A stretch of DNA of 64,000 nt from Geosiphon pyriformis uo1. Lineage: Eukaryota > Fungi > Glomeromycota. Shown piece by piece: positions 1 to 12,551 of the stretch (position 1 is the stretch's first letter; each line of letters begins with the position of its first letter). The position numbers were made by a program, and so were the translations under genes. Location: positions 551,719 through 615,718 of the forward strand of contig JAAOMT010000523.1 of assembly GCA_016748015.1 (NCBI GenBank), read 5' to 3'. Below the pieces are notes generated by a model, which was not told the origin of the DNA, did no database searches, and saw only the letters and a program-made list of their open reading frames with translations.

Positions 1-3000
1 AAGAACAAGAAGAATCTGAGGATCAAAAATTTACTTACCAGAATCTGATCTCAGGAAACCTGGACATTAAAACCCCAAACTTTCAGACTCAGCAAAATCT
101 AAATTTAGAAAATCTGGAAATTGAAACTCTGAACTTTCAAACACAGCATGATTAGAATAATCAAAACCCTAACATTAATAATCAATAACACTTATCTCCA
201 GTAATCATGATTAATTCATTCCCAGCTCCACCAATCAGCGAACAGTAACAACAGCCACCCCAATCACCCCAACAACAACAACAGCAGCTGCTTCAACAGC
301 CACAACCACAACAACTTCAACAACCAAATGTGGATCCAATGGTCTATGTTCCAATAGCAAAACTTGAGAAGTTCACTGGCAAAGAAGATAATGTCTAGAT
401 CTGGCTCAATGACATTGAAAAAGCCATCACAATCAATGGATGGAATGATGCAAAAGCACTTCAAGCCATCCCCTATTTTTTACAGAATACTGCCAACTTG
501 TGATATCAAAGTTTAGTTGCCAAACCTCAAACATTCTAGGAATTTAAAGTTGCATTCCTGGGATATTTCAGTAATAATAACAGTATTAATTACTTAGCCA
601 ACACTTTTACCACCATCAAACAAGGAAAAAATGAAGCAGTCACTACTTACTTAGGATGCTTTCACAGAAATCTGTGCCAAATCCAGACCATACAGACTGA
701 CTATTTTACAGCGCCACAAATCTTAAACCAATTTATCAGAGACCTGTGCAGTAGCATCCTCCAATACATATGTCCAATACATCCAGCAGACCTTCAAGCT
801 GCAGTTACTAATACCAGAGATTTTGAGACAGCTGAACTCAAAGCTAATCATGCCCAAGCCGTAAATCTAGTGATGAATAGATCATCTGAATTGAATTCCA
901 AATTGAAACAACTCAGTAATTCCATTAACCAGAAACTTGAAAGGTACTTAGCTAACAATCATGCAATTTATCAGCCATCCCAACAATGCAATAATTTAGA
1001 AATCACCAATCGCCCACAAAATCAGTCATGTCTATTATCATCGTCCAATCAGCTGTGACAGCAAAAGATGCGTATCTACCACTACTGTGGTAAACAAGGA
1101 CATTTAAGGATTAATTGTAGATTAAAGATAGATAACCAATGATCAGAAAATCAATATCAAAATCCCAATCATCAGTTTTCAACTCTGAATTACCAATTCA
1201 ATCCAGCACCATATCAACTGACTTATCTGTTAATGACACAACAGCCAATATATCAACCACCAGTTTATCAACCACAGCCACCAATAATATATCAACCACT
1301 GCAGCCACAAATAATTTATCAGACACCAGCAGTTCAAACACCACCATCAAACCCAGCTCAAATGACATCAGAAAACTCTAAATTAAGAGTCACCCAAAAC
1401 TGGAGATCAATGATAGTTGTTTACCAACCAATTTTCAGTTCATTTAACCAGCCATCTGGATCACAACAGTGGAGTTCAAGAACTGGGTATACTCAAAACC
1501 TGAGTTCCCAAAACTATTTAAGTTTTCTGGTTATCACAGAAAACACCCTATTCAATAATCCGAAACCCAACCAAAAACAATCACTCACCAACAACATACC
1601 TCTAGCCACTATCACTAATAACAAATCATTAGCAGCAATCTTTCCATTCAAACTCGAGAAAACCACACCAGTCTCATTATTCAGTAAAGTCATTCTTGAT
1701 ACCAAACCAATCACTGCCATGTATACTGACACAAAAATTGATGGCTACACCATCAAACTGATCCTAGATAGTAGATCAGCTGGCAGTATTATCACCAGAC
1801 AACTCATGGACCAATTAGATTGCCAAGTCGATCAAACTGCCAGTACATAAATAATTACTGCTGATAGAGCAACCAAAACTCCAATCGACAAGATTGATAA
1901 CCTCCCTATAGAGGTCAATGACATCATGATATCAATCAAAGCATTAGTGATGGAGACTACCCAGTATCAATCACTTGTTGATAATGACTGGCTGTCCAAA
2001 GCCAATGCAACACTCGATTAGAACACCCAAGAGCTCCAAATTAGTCAAAATGGCTAACATTTATGTGTACTAGCCATGTGTAACCATTTCAAAACCATCA
2101 CCATGCCATCAGCCCCACTTATCAAATTTGAAGGAAAAGAGAAGAAACCTACCTGGGAAGCATACCAAGTTTTCTGGGCTAACACAGAACACAACAAGCT
2201 GCTGCCAGTATCTTTGTGGGATGAAAACAGAAAAAAAAAGCAGAGAAAAAAACTTACCTGGAGAGCAGACCAAGTCTGGGAAACCAACCTTGATTCAAAA
2301 GAACTGACAACTTGGGAATGGGATGAGAGAAAAAAAGAGAAGAGAAAAGTGAAGAAAGAAGAGCCACTACCAGCTATCATTGACAACACTTACTCATATA
2401 CACCACCACAATGATCAAGCTATTGTCAACCAAAGCTAATATGCATCAATTGTGACAAGGAATTGTCGTCAATGGGTGCATGCTGTGGTAACAATAAAGA
2501 ATACCAAATGGTGACCAAATTCTATTGTCGCGCATGCATCATAGAATGCTTTAGATGACCAAAAAGGCAAGAAAAATGGGACAACAAACTCTGTCTAGCT
2601 TGTGTGGAAACCTTACTCGATGAATAAATATGGAACAACATTCCTGGTCGAGAAGAAACGTGTGATGCTTCGTGCCAGTACACAATTCTCATCAGTGACT
2701 GGGTCAAGAAAAAAACACCAATAGAAGCTGCCTAAAGAAGAGCCATACAGCAATTAGACAGTTGTTCACATGACAATGATGAGATATAGAAAATAGTAAT
2801 GGCCAAAATAGAAGGAGCATTATCTAAAGAAATCAGAAAAATAAAAAACAACCCACCAAAACCCATAGAACTTGACTGGAACCCAGAACCAGTCATAAAT
2901 CTTCTGAACCCAGAACAATTTCATGAATACTACCAGGAGTTAGCACTCACTAGAAAAGAGCAGGAGCAATGCTTAGAACAATTGAATACTTGACTATGCC

Positions 3001-5545
3001 AACACTGCCTAATTTCCTGTGACTTTCAATATTGTAATAAGTGTGACCTCATTTACAATTCACCACCACACATGATCTACACAATTTCAGAGGAAGATGA
3101 ACCAATGAGCAACTGTGCATCAGAATCGGAATTAACTTTCAATTCTGATTCAAACTCCAACAACAATGATGACAAAAACAACAGTTCCAGCTTTGCTCAA
3201 TATAGCAATAAAAATAACAATGATTCGGACTCCAATTTAAACTCCGAAATATACATTGTGCTTCTTAATTTCTCCAAGAAACAGAAACTTAAATAGTTCA
3301 GTGATAATGGTAAAGGTATTATGTCAGAACATGCACATAATACTGATGCAGGGTTTGATTTGAAATATCCAGAGAAAGATCTCATCAAATTGGAACCACA
3401 TTTGTGCATTTGCATTAATCTGAAAATAGCACTGGAAATTCCAGCAACAACAATAGTTCAACTAGCATCCAGAAGTAGTTTAGCAAAAAAAGAGATAAAC
3501 ATCAGAGGAGGAATAATTAATGCAGAATATGTAGAAAATATCATTGCTATGTTACAAAATGATTCAGAAAAAGCATATACTATAGATCCAAACAAAAAGA
3601 TAGCACAGGCAATATTCCTATCTCTGGTGAAAATAGCTCAATTAGTGTCAGTGGGAAACAGAAAAGAATTAGGGATTACTGCTAAAGGGATACAGAGATT
3701 CAGATCAATGGGTAAAATAGATATACCAGTTAATATGGCAGAAGAAAAGGTTATTGACAAAGGAGAAATTATTTCAATCTGTCAAACAATTTCTATTCCA
3801 CCATATGACCAGTATAGGTTAACCATAAAAAGAGAAGTAAAGAATCAAGCTCAACTGTTTGAAGCAAAAGCTACCATTTGCAAATTAGAAGAGACTGGAC
3901 TTATTAATCTCTATATATCAGCCAAAAGCCCGAAAAACATCAAAATTCTCATTTACAACACAATAGGAAGTATTATTAAAATACCAAAAGGAACTATTAT
4001 TGGATATTTAACCACTGAAGTTGAGGATCAACCACTAAACCATATTCCGGATTTTCCACAACTTTGTGAATATGTAGACATCATATTACAAACTATATAC
4101 AGACAAAATGAATGTTATCTGCTCCAACCAGAACAATTGGAACAGATAAACATAGGAAATCTAGACTCACTTCAACAAATACAACTAAAGATGCTACTCA
4201 GCAATTTCAATGACATCTTTGCTAGTGAAAATGAATTTAGCCACACCAACATCATTCAGCATTAGATTAAGACTGGAAATGCAATGCCAATTAAACAAAA
4301 AGCATACAGAATACCACCAGCTAGCTACAAGATTATTCATCAAGAAATTAACTGAATGCTTGACAATAGGCTAATTCAACTATCAATGAGCCCATGGTCA
4401 TCACCAGTAGTACTAGTCCAGAAGAAAAATGTAAAAATCCATTTCTGTGTGAATTATTGAAAACTAAATGGAGTGACTAAAAGTGATAGCTATCCAACTC
4501 TAAAAATCTAAGAACTATTCAACACTTTTGGAGGAAATAAATGGTTCTTGATACTAGATTTAGATAGTGGTTACTGGCAAGTAGCCATGGATTCAGCCAA
4601 CAAAAAAAAAACAGCATTCACCACAAGAGAAGAAAATTTTGAGTTTGAAATCATGCCATTTGGCTTGATAAATGCTCTAGCAACATTCCAACAGCTCATG
4701 AAAATTGTCTATACTGGATTACTATGGAAATCAGTAGTTATATACTTGGATGACACCAATGTGTTTTCAAAAACATTTGATGATCATTTGCATTATCTCC
4801 AACAAATGTTTGAAGGATTAAGAAGAGCTGGACTAAAACTAAATGTGACCAAATGTTTCTTTGGAAAAACTGAACTCAAGTTTTTGGGACATGTGGTGAG
4901 CAAAGATAGAATCAAAACAAATCCAGACAAGATTAAAATTGTCAAGAACTTTTTAGTATTAAATAATCTTACAGAATTGAGAGCATTTTTGGAATTTGCC
5001 AGATACTACTGCTGCTTTATAAAAAACTTTTCCAAAATAGCTCAACTACTACACCAACTCCAAACAAAGAATGTAAAGTATAAATGGACAGGAACTCAAC
5101 AAGAAGCTTTTGACATATTAAGAAGAAAGCTTATTCAAGCTTCAGTATTATGTATCCAGACCACGGCAAACCATTCATAATTACCACTGATGCATCAAAC
5201 CAAGCATTGGGAGCAGTACTCTCACAGAAAAGACCCGATGGAAGAGAGCATCCAGTAGCTTATGCCAGTAGAAGTTTAAGTCCAGCTGAGAAGAACTATG
5301 GAACTCCAGCACTAGAACACTTAGCTATCTATTGGGCTGTCATCAAATAAAAGAAATACTTGAGCCAAAAGTTTGAAGTGTATACTGATCACAAAGGATT
5401 GATTTCAATTCAGAAATAAGAATTTGTAGACAATTGCCATGCCAGATAGAAAATAGAACTTTCACCATTCAATTATACAGTACATTATAAAAAAAGAAAA
5501 AACAATAGAAATGCTGATAGATTGTCATGAATAAGACAAATTTAA
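1..5545 (+). pseudogene. gag-pol: gag-pol of A (capsid, zinc knuckle, aspartic protease, Cys-rich domain, dUTPase, RT, RNase H)
   Basis: PIAKLEKFTG capsid motif; degenerate knuckle YHYCGKQGHLRINC (~1077-1117); LILDSRSAGS (from DSG); YLDD at 4743-4754; TTDAS..LGAVL and VAYASRSL RNase H motifs; ORF-track pieces share one frame apart from a shift near 5155; many nonsense codons. Confidence 0.93.
3321..3713 (+). pseudogene. dut: dUTPase domain in A
   Basis: DAGFDL, RSSLA, GGIINAEYV (from GGIIDAGY), IAQA and a degenerate RGxQGFGS motif. Confidence 0.88.
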
Positions 5546-5575
5546 AAACATTTCAACCCAAAAATATAACAAAAG

Positions 5576-6958
5576 ATGAACACACAAAAATACCAACAAT
5601 TTCAGCATTATATAAATACTCAATTGTTCAAAGAGAAATTATCTCAAAAAGAACAAAGCAACATAAAACAACAATCAAAATATTTTATCAATCATCAAAA
5701 TATACTTTACTAGAAAAACAGAAGAAATCCAGATCAACTAACTAGAGTAATCACAGAATCAGAGAAAGAAACAATATTATTCAACATGCACTCAGACCCA
5801 ACAGCAGAACATTTTTATAAAGAAGCAACTATGGAAAGAACCAGAAAAAGATATTATTGGCCATCAATGTATCCAAACATCATCCAATATGTTCAAAATT
5901 GTGATGCTTGTCAGAGAAGAGGAGGAACAAAACCCAGTAAACCATTAAGACCAATCAAAGTGGGACAACTATTTGATCGAATTGGAATTGATCTAGTCAG
6001 ACCATTAACAATTATCAGCAGAGACAACAGATATATTGCAGTAGCCATGGACTATCTTACTAAATAGCCAGAAGCAAAAACCATTCAAAGAGCAGATGCA
6101 GAACCTGTTGCTGAATTTGTTCATCAAGATTTGATCTGTCGACATGGATGTCCAAAAAAACTATTATCAGATCAAAAAACTCACTTTGTAAATAGAACAT
6201 TGACAAAATTAAGTCAAAGATTTGGGATAAAAAGACTATTATTATTACCATACCATCTACAAACAAATGTATTAATTGAAAAATTTAACAGAATATTGTG
6301 TGAAGCAATCGCCAAGATCAGTTAAAAAAACCAGGACAAATGAGATTTGGTTATACTATCAGTATTATTTGCTTATTGGACAATGAAGCAAGACACTATA
6401 CAAGCAATACTATTTGAATTAATATACAATAAAACAGCAATATTACCAGTTAAGATAGAAATACAAATATATCTAACAGAACCAATAACAGAAGATAATT
6501 TCCAAGAAACATTGTTGAGAAGAACATATGACTTAATAGAAACACTAGAAAACAGACAATGAAAAGCAGCTGATAACATTTAAAAGTCACAAGAAAAGCA
6601 AAAAAAATGACATGATAACCAACTACCAAATAAACCAGTTGAATTCAAGATTGGAGACAAAGTACTATTATATTGTACCAAAGCAGAAAAACAATGGAGT
6701 GAAAAATTTGATCCCAAATGGGATGAACCATTTTACATAGAAAAAATTTTTGGAAATAAAACTTATAAATTAAGATGGAACAACAAAATCTTAACCAAAG
6801 CAGCACATGATGATTAACTGAAACCATATCACCAGATAGCATTATCATCTACCAATAACATTTCACAACTGGGAGTACAAAGAATAATAGTTCAACCAGA
6901 TAAGATTCCACAAGATTTGGAATCAATAATAGTTATTGAACCAAACATGTCAAATTAA
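5576..6958 (+). pseudogene. int: Integrase ORF of A (separate ATG)
   Basis: MH..AEHF..CDAC HHCC zinc finger, IGIDLV, LSDQ, LIEKFNR (D,D35E) and KWDEPFYI GPF-type motif. Confidence 0.92.
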
Positions 6959-7012
6959 ACAACCAAAAGAGTATATAAAGACACAGTACACATGACAAAA
7001 TCAACCAAGAAA

Positions 7013-7648
7013 ATGAAAATACCAGATTATATTCACACTTTAGCTCAACAATTGTTCCAAGCCTTAAGTAAACAACAGTTAGATATAGAAATTGTTATTA
7101 ACAACCAAATAATTTGCTATTGAAACATCCAAAAAAAAATAAAAAATACACCATACTAGCAACCACCAAAGAACAATAAAAACTGGACAGATAACTTAAT
7201 AGAAAAAGTAAAGAACACTTTTGAGAAAATACCTGTTATGGTATCAACAGAAAAGCTTACAAAAGAAAATTGGAAGCAATGAACAGAACGACTTCCAATA
7301 TCATATTGCTACTACCAGTTAGGTCAAAAATTAAATATTCAGGAGTTGTATATTAACAAATCCAAGAAAATATTTAACCAAAACATAATACAACAAATTA
7401 AAAAATTTATTGGAAAAAAACCGAATTCAACACTATATGTTAGAACAATATACTGACTATACAACATATTTCAAGACTATTCAGAAATACTGTTACACTC
7501 TGACATGGAAACCATAATCATTAATCAATAAGGAAGAATGAACAATACACAAGTAGAAGACATAAAAAACAGAGTCAAACAAACAATACTTGAAAAAGAA
7601 GTATTAGAATTAATTCAAAACGAAAATTTTGATGGAGCTCAATATTAA
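7013..7648 (+). pseudogene. ORF3 of A, hypothetical ~211 aa protein
   Basis: ATG 7013 to TAA 7648 in frame, with internal nonsense codons; homologous ORFs in B, C, D1, D2, F, G; TATATAA at 6972-6978. Confidence 0.8.
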
Positions 7649-7662
7649 AAAAAAGAAAATAA

Positions 7663-8515
7663 TATTATTCATAGAAAAAAGAAAACAGATATAGAAAAAT
7701 AGTAAACCAATAGAAGAGTAGTAGTTAGCACATGAGCACATTGCTTAGCAATATAAAGCAATGTTAGAAATCACAGCACATTGCTCAGCAATATAGAGCA
7801 ATGTTAAGAAAATATGACATATTGCTTAGCAATATGAGCATTGCTTAAGAAATTATAGCACATTGCTCAAGAATGTGAACAATCTTGTAGAACCCAAATT
7901 ATGTATATATAGCAATAGCATTAGAAGTAAAAAGAGCAGAATCCTTCTATTAGAAAACTTTTCAGTTTAGATTTGATCTAAGCAACCTTCCATTCACAAA
8001 TATTAATAAATAATTATTCACTATCTCAATTCACTCTTCACTATCAATCTTTCATGTTGATAGTAATTGATACTTAACTATACTGGAACAATAGCTCTTG
8101 ATTATGACTATTGACGGAATACTAACTTGCAATTGCTTTTCATTATTTCATTATTTTCTTTTATTTTCTTTTATTTCTTTTGTTATTTCTTTGGGTTTTA
8201 TTAAATTGATTAAGAATTAAGCACTAAGATACAGACGTCATAGAGACTGGTAAAAATCTTGTGAAATAAGAGTAGAACACTTATAAATTTGAAGATAGCT
8301 TACCAGGAGAATTACTGGCCACTATACTGAGAAAGAAATTCGATAGAATTGTGATTCCAAGAGGCTACTGAAAACTACTATTAAATCTCTGTTCATTATA
8401 CAAAAAACTTCACAACAAAATCTTCAGATAAAACAACATCTTCAGATATTACCAACTAATCACCAAGTTATGGATTTGTTATTTGACTTAAGACCCTAAA
8501 TAATCATCTGTAATA
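7663..8515 (+). repeat. 3' LTR of A (family-A LTR)
   Basis: Follows PPT; ends tattattc/tgtaata are decayed TGTTA..TAACA; homologous to LTRs at 53351-54151 and 56046-56966. Confidence 0.9.
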
Positions 8516-9300
8516 CCATCCAATTATACTTGGTGTTCTTTGTTTGGAGCTGATGTAATAATTGAACTATTTTAGAAAAGTTTTTGATAAAACAGCAGTA
8601 GTATTCCACAAATTCCAAGAATGCTCATAATTCAGTCAAGTTGGTAGATACTGGAAAGTTTTTGATTATCTCAATTTTGTCTGGATCTGTTTTGATTCCA
8701 TCTTTGCTTACTATATGTCTCAAAAATTTTAATTCTGTTTTTCTAAAGAAGCATTTGTTGGCATTTAACTTTAGTCTTGCTCTTTTTAGTTTTTCAAATA
8801 CTTATTGGAGATAATGCAAATGCTCATCAAATATCTTAAAGAACATATTAATGTCATCCAGATATACAACTACTGATTTCCATAGCAGTCCAGTATAGAC
8901 AATTTTTATGAGTCATTGAAATGTGGTAGAAGCATTTATCAAGCCAAATGGCATAACCTTGAATTTGAAATTCTCTTCTCATATTGTAAAAGCTGTTTTC
9001 TCTTTATCTTCTAGTTTTATGGCTACTTGTCAATAATCACTGTCTAAGTCTAAAGTCAAAAACAATTTTTTTTCTCCAAAAGCATTGAAAAGTTTTTGGA
9101 TCTTTGGAGTTGGGTAGCTATCTCCCTTAGTTACTTCATTAAGTTTCTGGTAATCCACACAAAAATGGATTTTTCTATTCTTCTTATGAACTAGTACCAC
9201 TAATAATGACTATAAGCTCATTGATAGTTGAATTAATCCATTATTCAACATCCAATTGATTTTTTGATAAATAATCTTATGGCTGGCTAGTAGTACTTGG
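8516..9300 (-). pseudogene. RT fragment of an older family-A-like element, interrupted by A (left) and B (right)
   Basis: Minus strand reads ASHKII..FCVDYQKLN..LDLDSDY..MPFGLINA..YLDDINV..YYCCFIKNFSK. Confidence 0.88.
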
Positions 9301-10342
9301 TGTTATGGATAAACTTAATAAAGTAGAAAGATGGTAATATTTGGTGCTCTCAATTATTGGTAAGACATGTTTCACATAATTTTGGTAGCTTAATCTTGAT
9401 TATCAGTCTTTGAAGGTCTTATTTTATTGGTTGTGAATTTATCTGTTGAGTTTTTTGGTTATAAGACACAAAGTTTTGGTTCTTGCTAATTGCAACTTCT
9501 TATAAAGATGAGCTTTCTTTTCCGAGCTAATAAGTGCAGTTGTTAGGGTCTAACATTGTTTTTTTGTCTTTTTGGTAAGCTATTAAGATAATGTTAATAT
9601 CCAAAAACCTAGAAGAAGCTTCTCTCTTTTACTAGGCTATCACAAAATCTATTCCTAGACAGTTGATTTTACTATGTTGCTGTTCCACAAGAAAAAAAGA
9701 AAAAAAAGAAAAAGAAAATAAAAAAAAAGAAAGAAAATAAAAGAAAAAGATAAATTAGTATTGTTAATTGTCATGATCAAGAGCAATTGGTCCAAATTGT
9801 TAATAGTTTGAAGCAGTTATGCTAAGAGCATTTGTTCTAGAACAAAAGTATGAAACAATGATTAATTCACGTAAATTTCACAAAGTTCAAGAACATAAAT
9901 TTATGATTCAGATTTCTTAATAATTGATTTATTTCAGAAGATGAATATAAAATATAATAAATAATAAAGGAATATGGATATTTGATTCTTGTTTAGTAAT
10001 TCATATCTATTTGTCTGTTTTTCTACCTTCTACAACTACTTGCTTTTATACATTCTTTTGGTTTTGCAGAATTGTTTCTGATTGTTTTGTTATTGCTAAT
10101 TATTGCTTTGTTATTTCTGTTATTGTTTTGTTCTTCTATGTTATTACTAGTTATTCTACATTATAACATGTTATCTGGTGTTATTATATGTTATTCTGTA
10201 TTATTCTACATTATAACACATTAATCTGTGCTATCCTAAGTTATAACATATTATCCAACATTATTGTATGCTATCCTGTGTTATGTTACATTTTGGTTAT
10301 GTTTTTTTATAATTTTGGATCAATTTCTTTACTTGGATAATA
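9301..10342 (-). repeat. 3' LTR of B
   Basis: Begins next to the PPT (tattatcc, decayed TGTTA) and ends CCATAACA; tandem ttattctacattataaca-type repeats at ~10085-10295. Confidence 0.82.
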
Positions 10343-10356
10343 TTATCCCTCTTTTT

Positions 10357-11087
10357 TTAGAATTGAGCTCTTGTGAAATTGTATGTATCTGTTTCTATGT
10401 CTTTTTTTGTGTAATGTTTGATGGTTGTGTTAAGTATTGTTTTTTGTAGGTCTTCAAACTGTCAATTGATAATTTGTCTTATGTTTTTAACTGTTATTGT
10501 CTTTATAGATCCATACAACAGTACATTTGGACAAAGTTAGAAAGTAGTATATAATTGGTATGCTGCTTTGTAATGTAGGGTCAGGTTGCTTTTTCTTATG
10601 AATTTTTCTACTTGTTGCATTGCTTCTTTGTTGAAAGTTTTCTGGCTAAAGTTTCATATGGTGTCTTTAAGTTTAATTGTTTACCTATTTTGTAGAACCA
10701 ATAAGCTGAAAAAAGTCTTTCTTTCCATTCTTTTGTGTTGTCTGGTGTCTATTCCCCTGTTTCGGGAAGATCAATCTTATAAGCTAAAGCTTCTTTAATT
10801 TCTTTGAGTTTGGGAACCAAGTATCTTCTTTTATAAACTTTTTCTCATTCCTTCACTCTTTTTTCAAGCCATGCCCAAGACAATTTAATTTCTTTTTGTA
10901 AAATTTCTTTCTCAGATGGAGTGTAGAGATGAGAATGATTAATTTTAGTTGAACTTATGCCCATCTCTTTCTTGCTTCTATCTTTATAGCATATTTTTTT
11001 TCTATTAATTGTTACTTCTATTTGAGGAGAAAATTGTTGAATTGCATCAAATAGTTGTTTCGAAAGTTGTAAAATTTGATCTGACAA
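10357..11087 (-). pseudogene. ORF3 of B
   Basis: SDQILQLSKQLFDAIQQF..IEVTIN..WKERLFSAYWFYKIGKQL..YKAAYQLYTTF..RAQF*, aligns by eye with ORF3 of A. Confidence 0.78.
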
Positions 11088-11151
11088 GTTTATGTTGAAA
11101 GTTTTATTGTTTTTTGCTGTTTTTCAAATGCTATATATATTTAAATTCCTT

Positions 11152-12541
11152 AATTTAATTTGCTGTACATTGTCTATGTTTTAATGACAATGATTGGTTT
11201 CAGATCTCATAATATATTTTCTGGTCTGATTAATGAAATTTGTATTCCTAGCTGAAGTACTGATAATAATAATTTCTGTTTTACATGATAAATTTTTAAC
11301 CAATTTCTATGCATTACTTTTTTTAAAATTCTGTCTTTCAATCGTAATTTGTAAGCTCCATTTCCTAAAGCTTCATGTATGTGGAATAGACTATTCCACT
11401 TTGGGTCAAACTTTCCACTCCACTGTTTTTCAGCTTTTGTACAATATAATAGTACTTGGTCTCCAATTTTAAATTCCATTAGTTGTTCTAATAGGCGATT
11501 ATTATGTTTTTTTTTTTGTCATTCTTGAACATAACTAATATTGTCAGCTGCTGTTCTTTGATTGTCTTCCAATATTTCTATTAGCTGATACATTCTTTGG
11601 TATAAGATAGCTTCAAAATTTTCTTTGTTGATTGTTTTTGTTGAGTATAATAGTATTATTTGTTCAATTAGTAACATAGTTTTTCTTTTATAGACTAGTT
11701 TAAATGGTGTGAACTAAGTTGTATTTTGTTTCAATGTTCAGTATACAAAGAGTACAGAAGATATAAATAAGTCTCATTCTTGTTTGTTTTCATGACTTAT
11801 TTTTGCTAGTGCTTTGCACAGTGTTTAGTTAAATTGTTCTATTAGTCCATTCATTTGTGGGTGGTATAGTGACGATAAGAATTGCTTTATTTCAAACTGT
11901 TGACTTAGTTCAGTTAGTGTATTATTAATGAAATGTGTTCCTTGATCAGATAATAATTCTTTCAGACATTCATGTTGGCAAATTAGGTCTTAATACACAA
12001 ATTTGGCTACTGTTTTGGCATCGGCCACTTAGATTGCTCTGGCTTTTGGCCATTTTGTAAGATAGTTTATGACTACAATAATGTAACAATTTTTTTTGAA
12101 TGTTATAAAGAGAGAACCAACCAAATCAATCCCAATTCTATTAAATGGATTTCCAACTGGAATGGGTTAAAGTGGTTTTGTTGTTCTGGCTCCTCTTTTT
12201 TGCTGACATAAGTTATAATTGAGCATGTATTCAAAAATGTCTTTGTATATTATTGGTCAATAGTATAAATTTAGGGTTTTTTTGAGGATAACATCTTTGT
12301 TAAAGTGTTTTGTGGTTGGATTAGAATACATACTGTGTAATATAGTTTCCTTTTCATTGTTCTTTATAACTCATTGTGGAGTGGGACAGTTTCAGTGTTC
12401 TCATCAATATAGTTGGTTGTCTTAAATAAAATAATTTTGGGCTTGTTTTTGTATGGTACTTTGTTTATGTTAAGATAATATCTCTTTGAAACATAGTGTT
12501 AATAGATACTAATGTAGTCGTTAATAAGTGAGTGTGTTTAT
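11152..12541 (-). pseudogene. int: Integrase ORF of B
   Basis: IGIDLVG, LSDQGTHF and KQWSGKFDPKW motifs; start ATA (decayed ATG) 10 nt after the RH stop. Confidence 0.85.
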
Positions 12542-12551
12542 GGGTCTGGGA

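Larger units (their letters stand above)
1..8515 (+). mobile_element. Ty3/gypsy LTR retrotransposon copy A (5' end outside window), degenerate
   Basis: Domain order gag-PR-dUTPase-RT-RH-IN, PPT at ~7647-7662 and 3' LTR 7663-8515. Confidence 0.95.

Noticed and set aside
3321-4265. Functional host dUTPase gene
   Set aside because: Embedded in-frame in retroelement pol, multi-copy, with degraded catalytic motifs.
6645-6958. Chromodomain at the integrase C-terminus
   Set aside because: Only the GPF/SH3-like region and a short tail are visible; no YLVKW-type motif.
7725-7880. Spaced palindromic repeats resembling a CRISPR array
   Set aside because: Short, irregular units inside LTR U3, recurring in every family-A LTR; no unique spacers or cas genes; eukaryotic TE context.
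9332-9351. Plus-strand LTR end plus PBS of a hidden element
   Set aside because: No upstream LTR or downstream gag on +; it lies inside the minus-strand B LTR and is better explained as an anti-PBS segment.
10264-10798. Hydrophobic + strand ORFs that look like membrane proteins (also 45628-45903, 46294-46494)
   Set aside because: Antisense translations of A-rich element sequence give Phe/Leu/Ile-rich artefacts.
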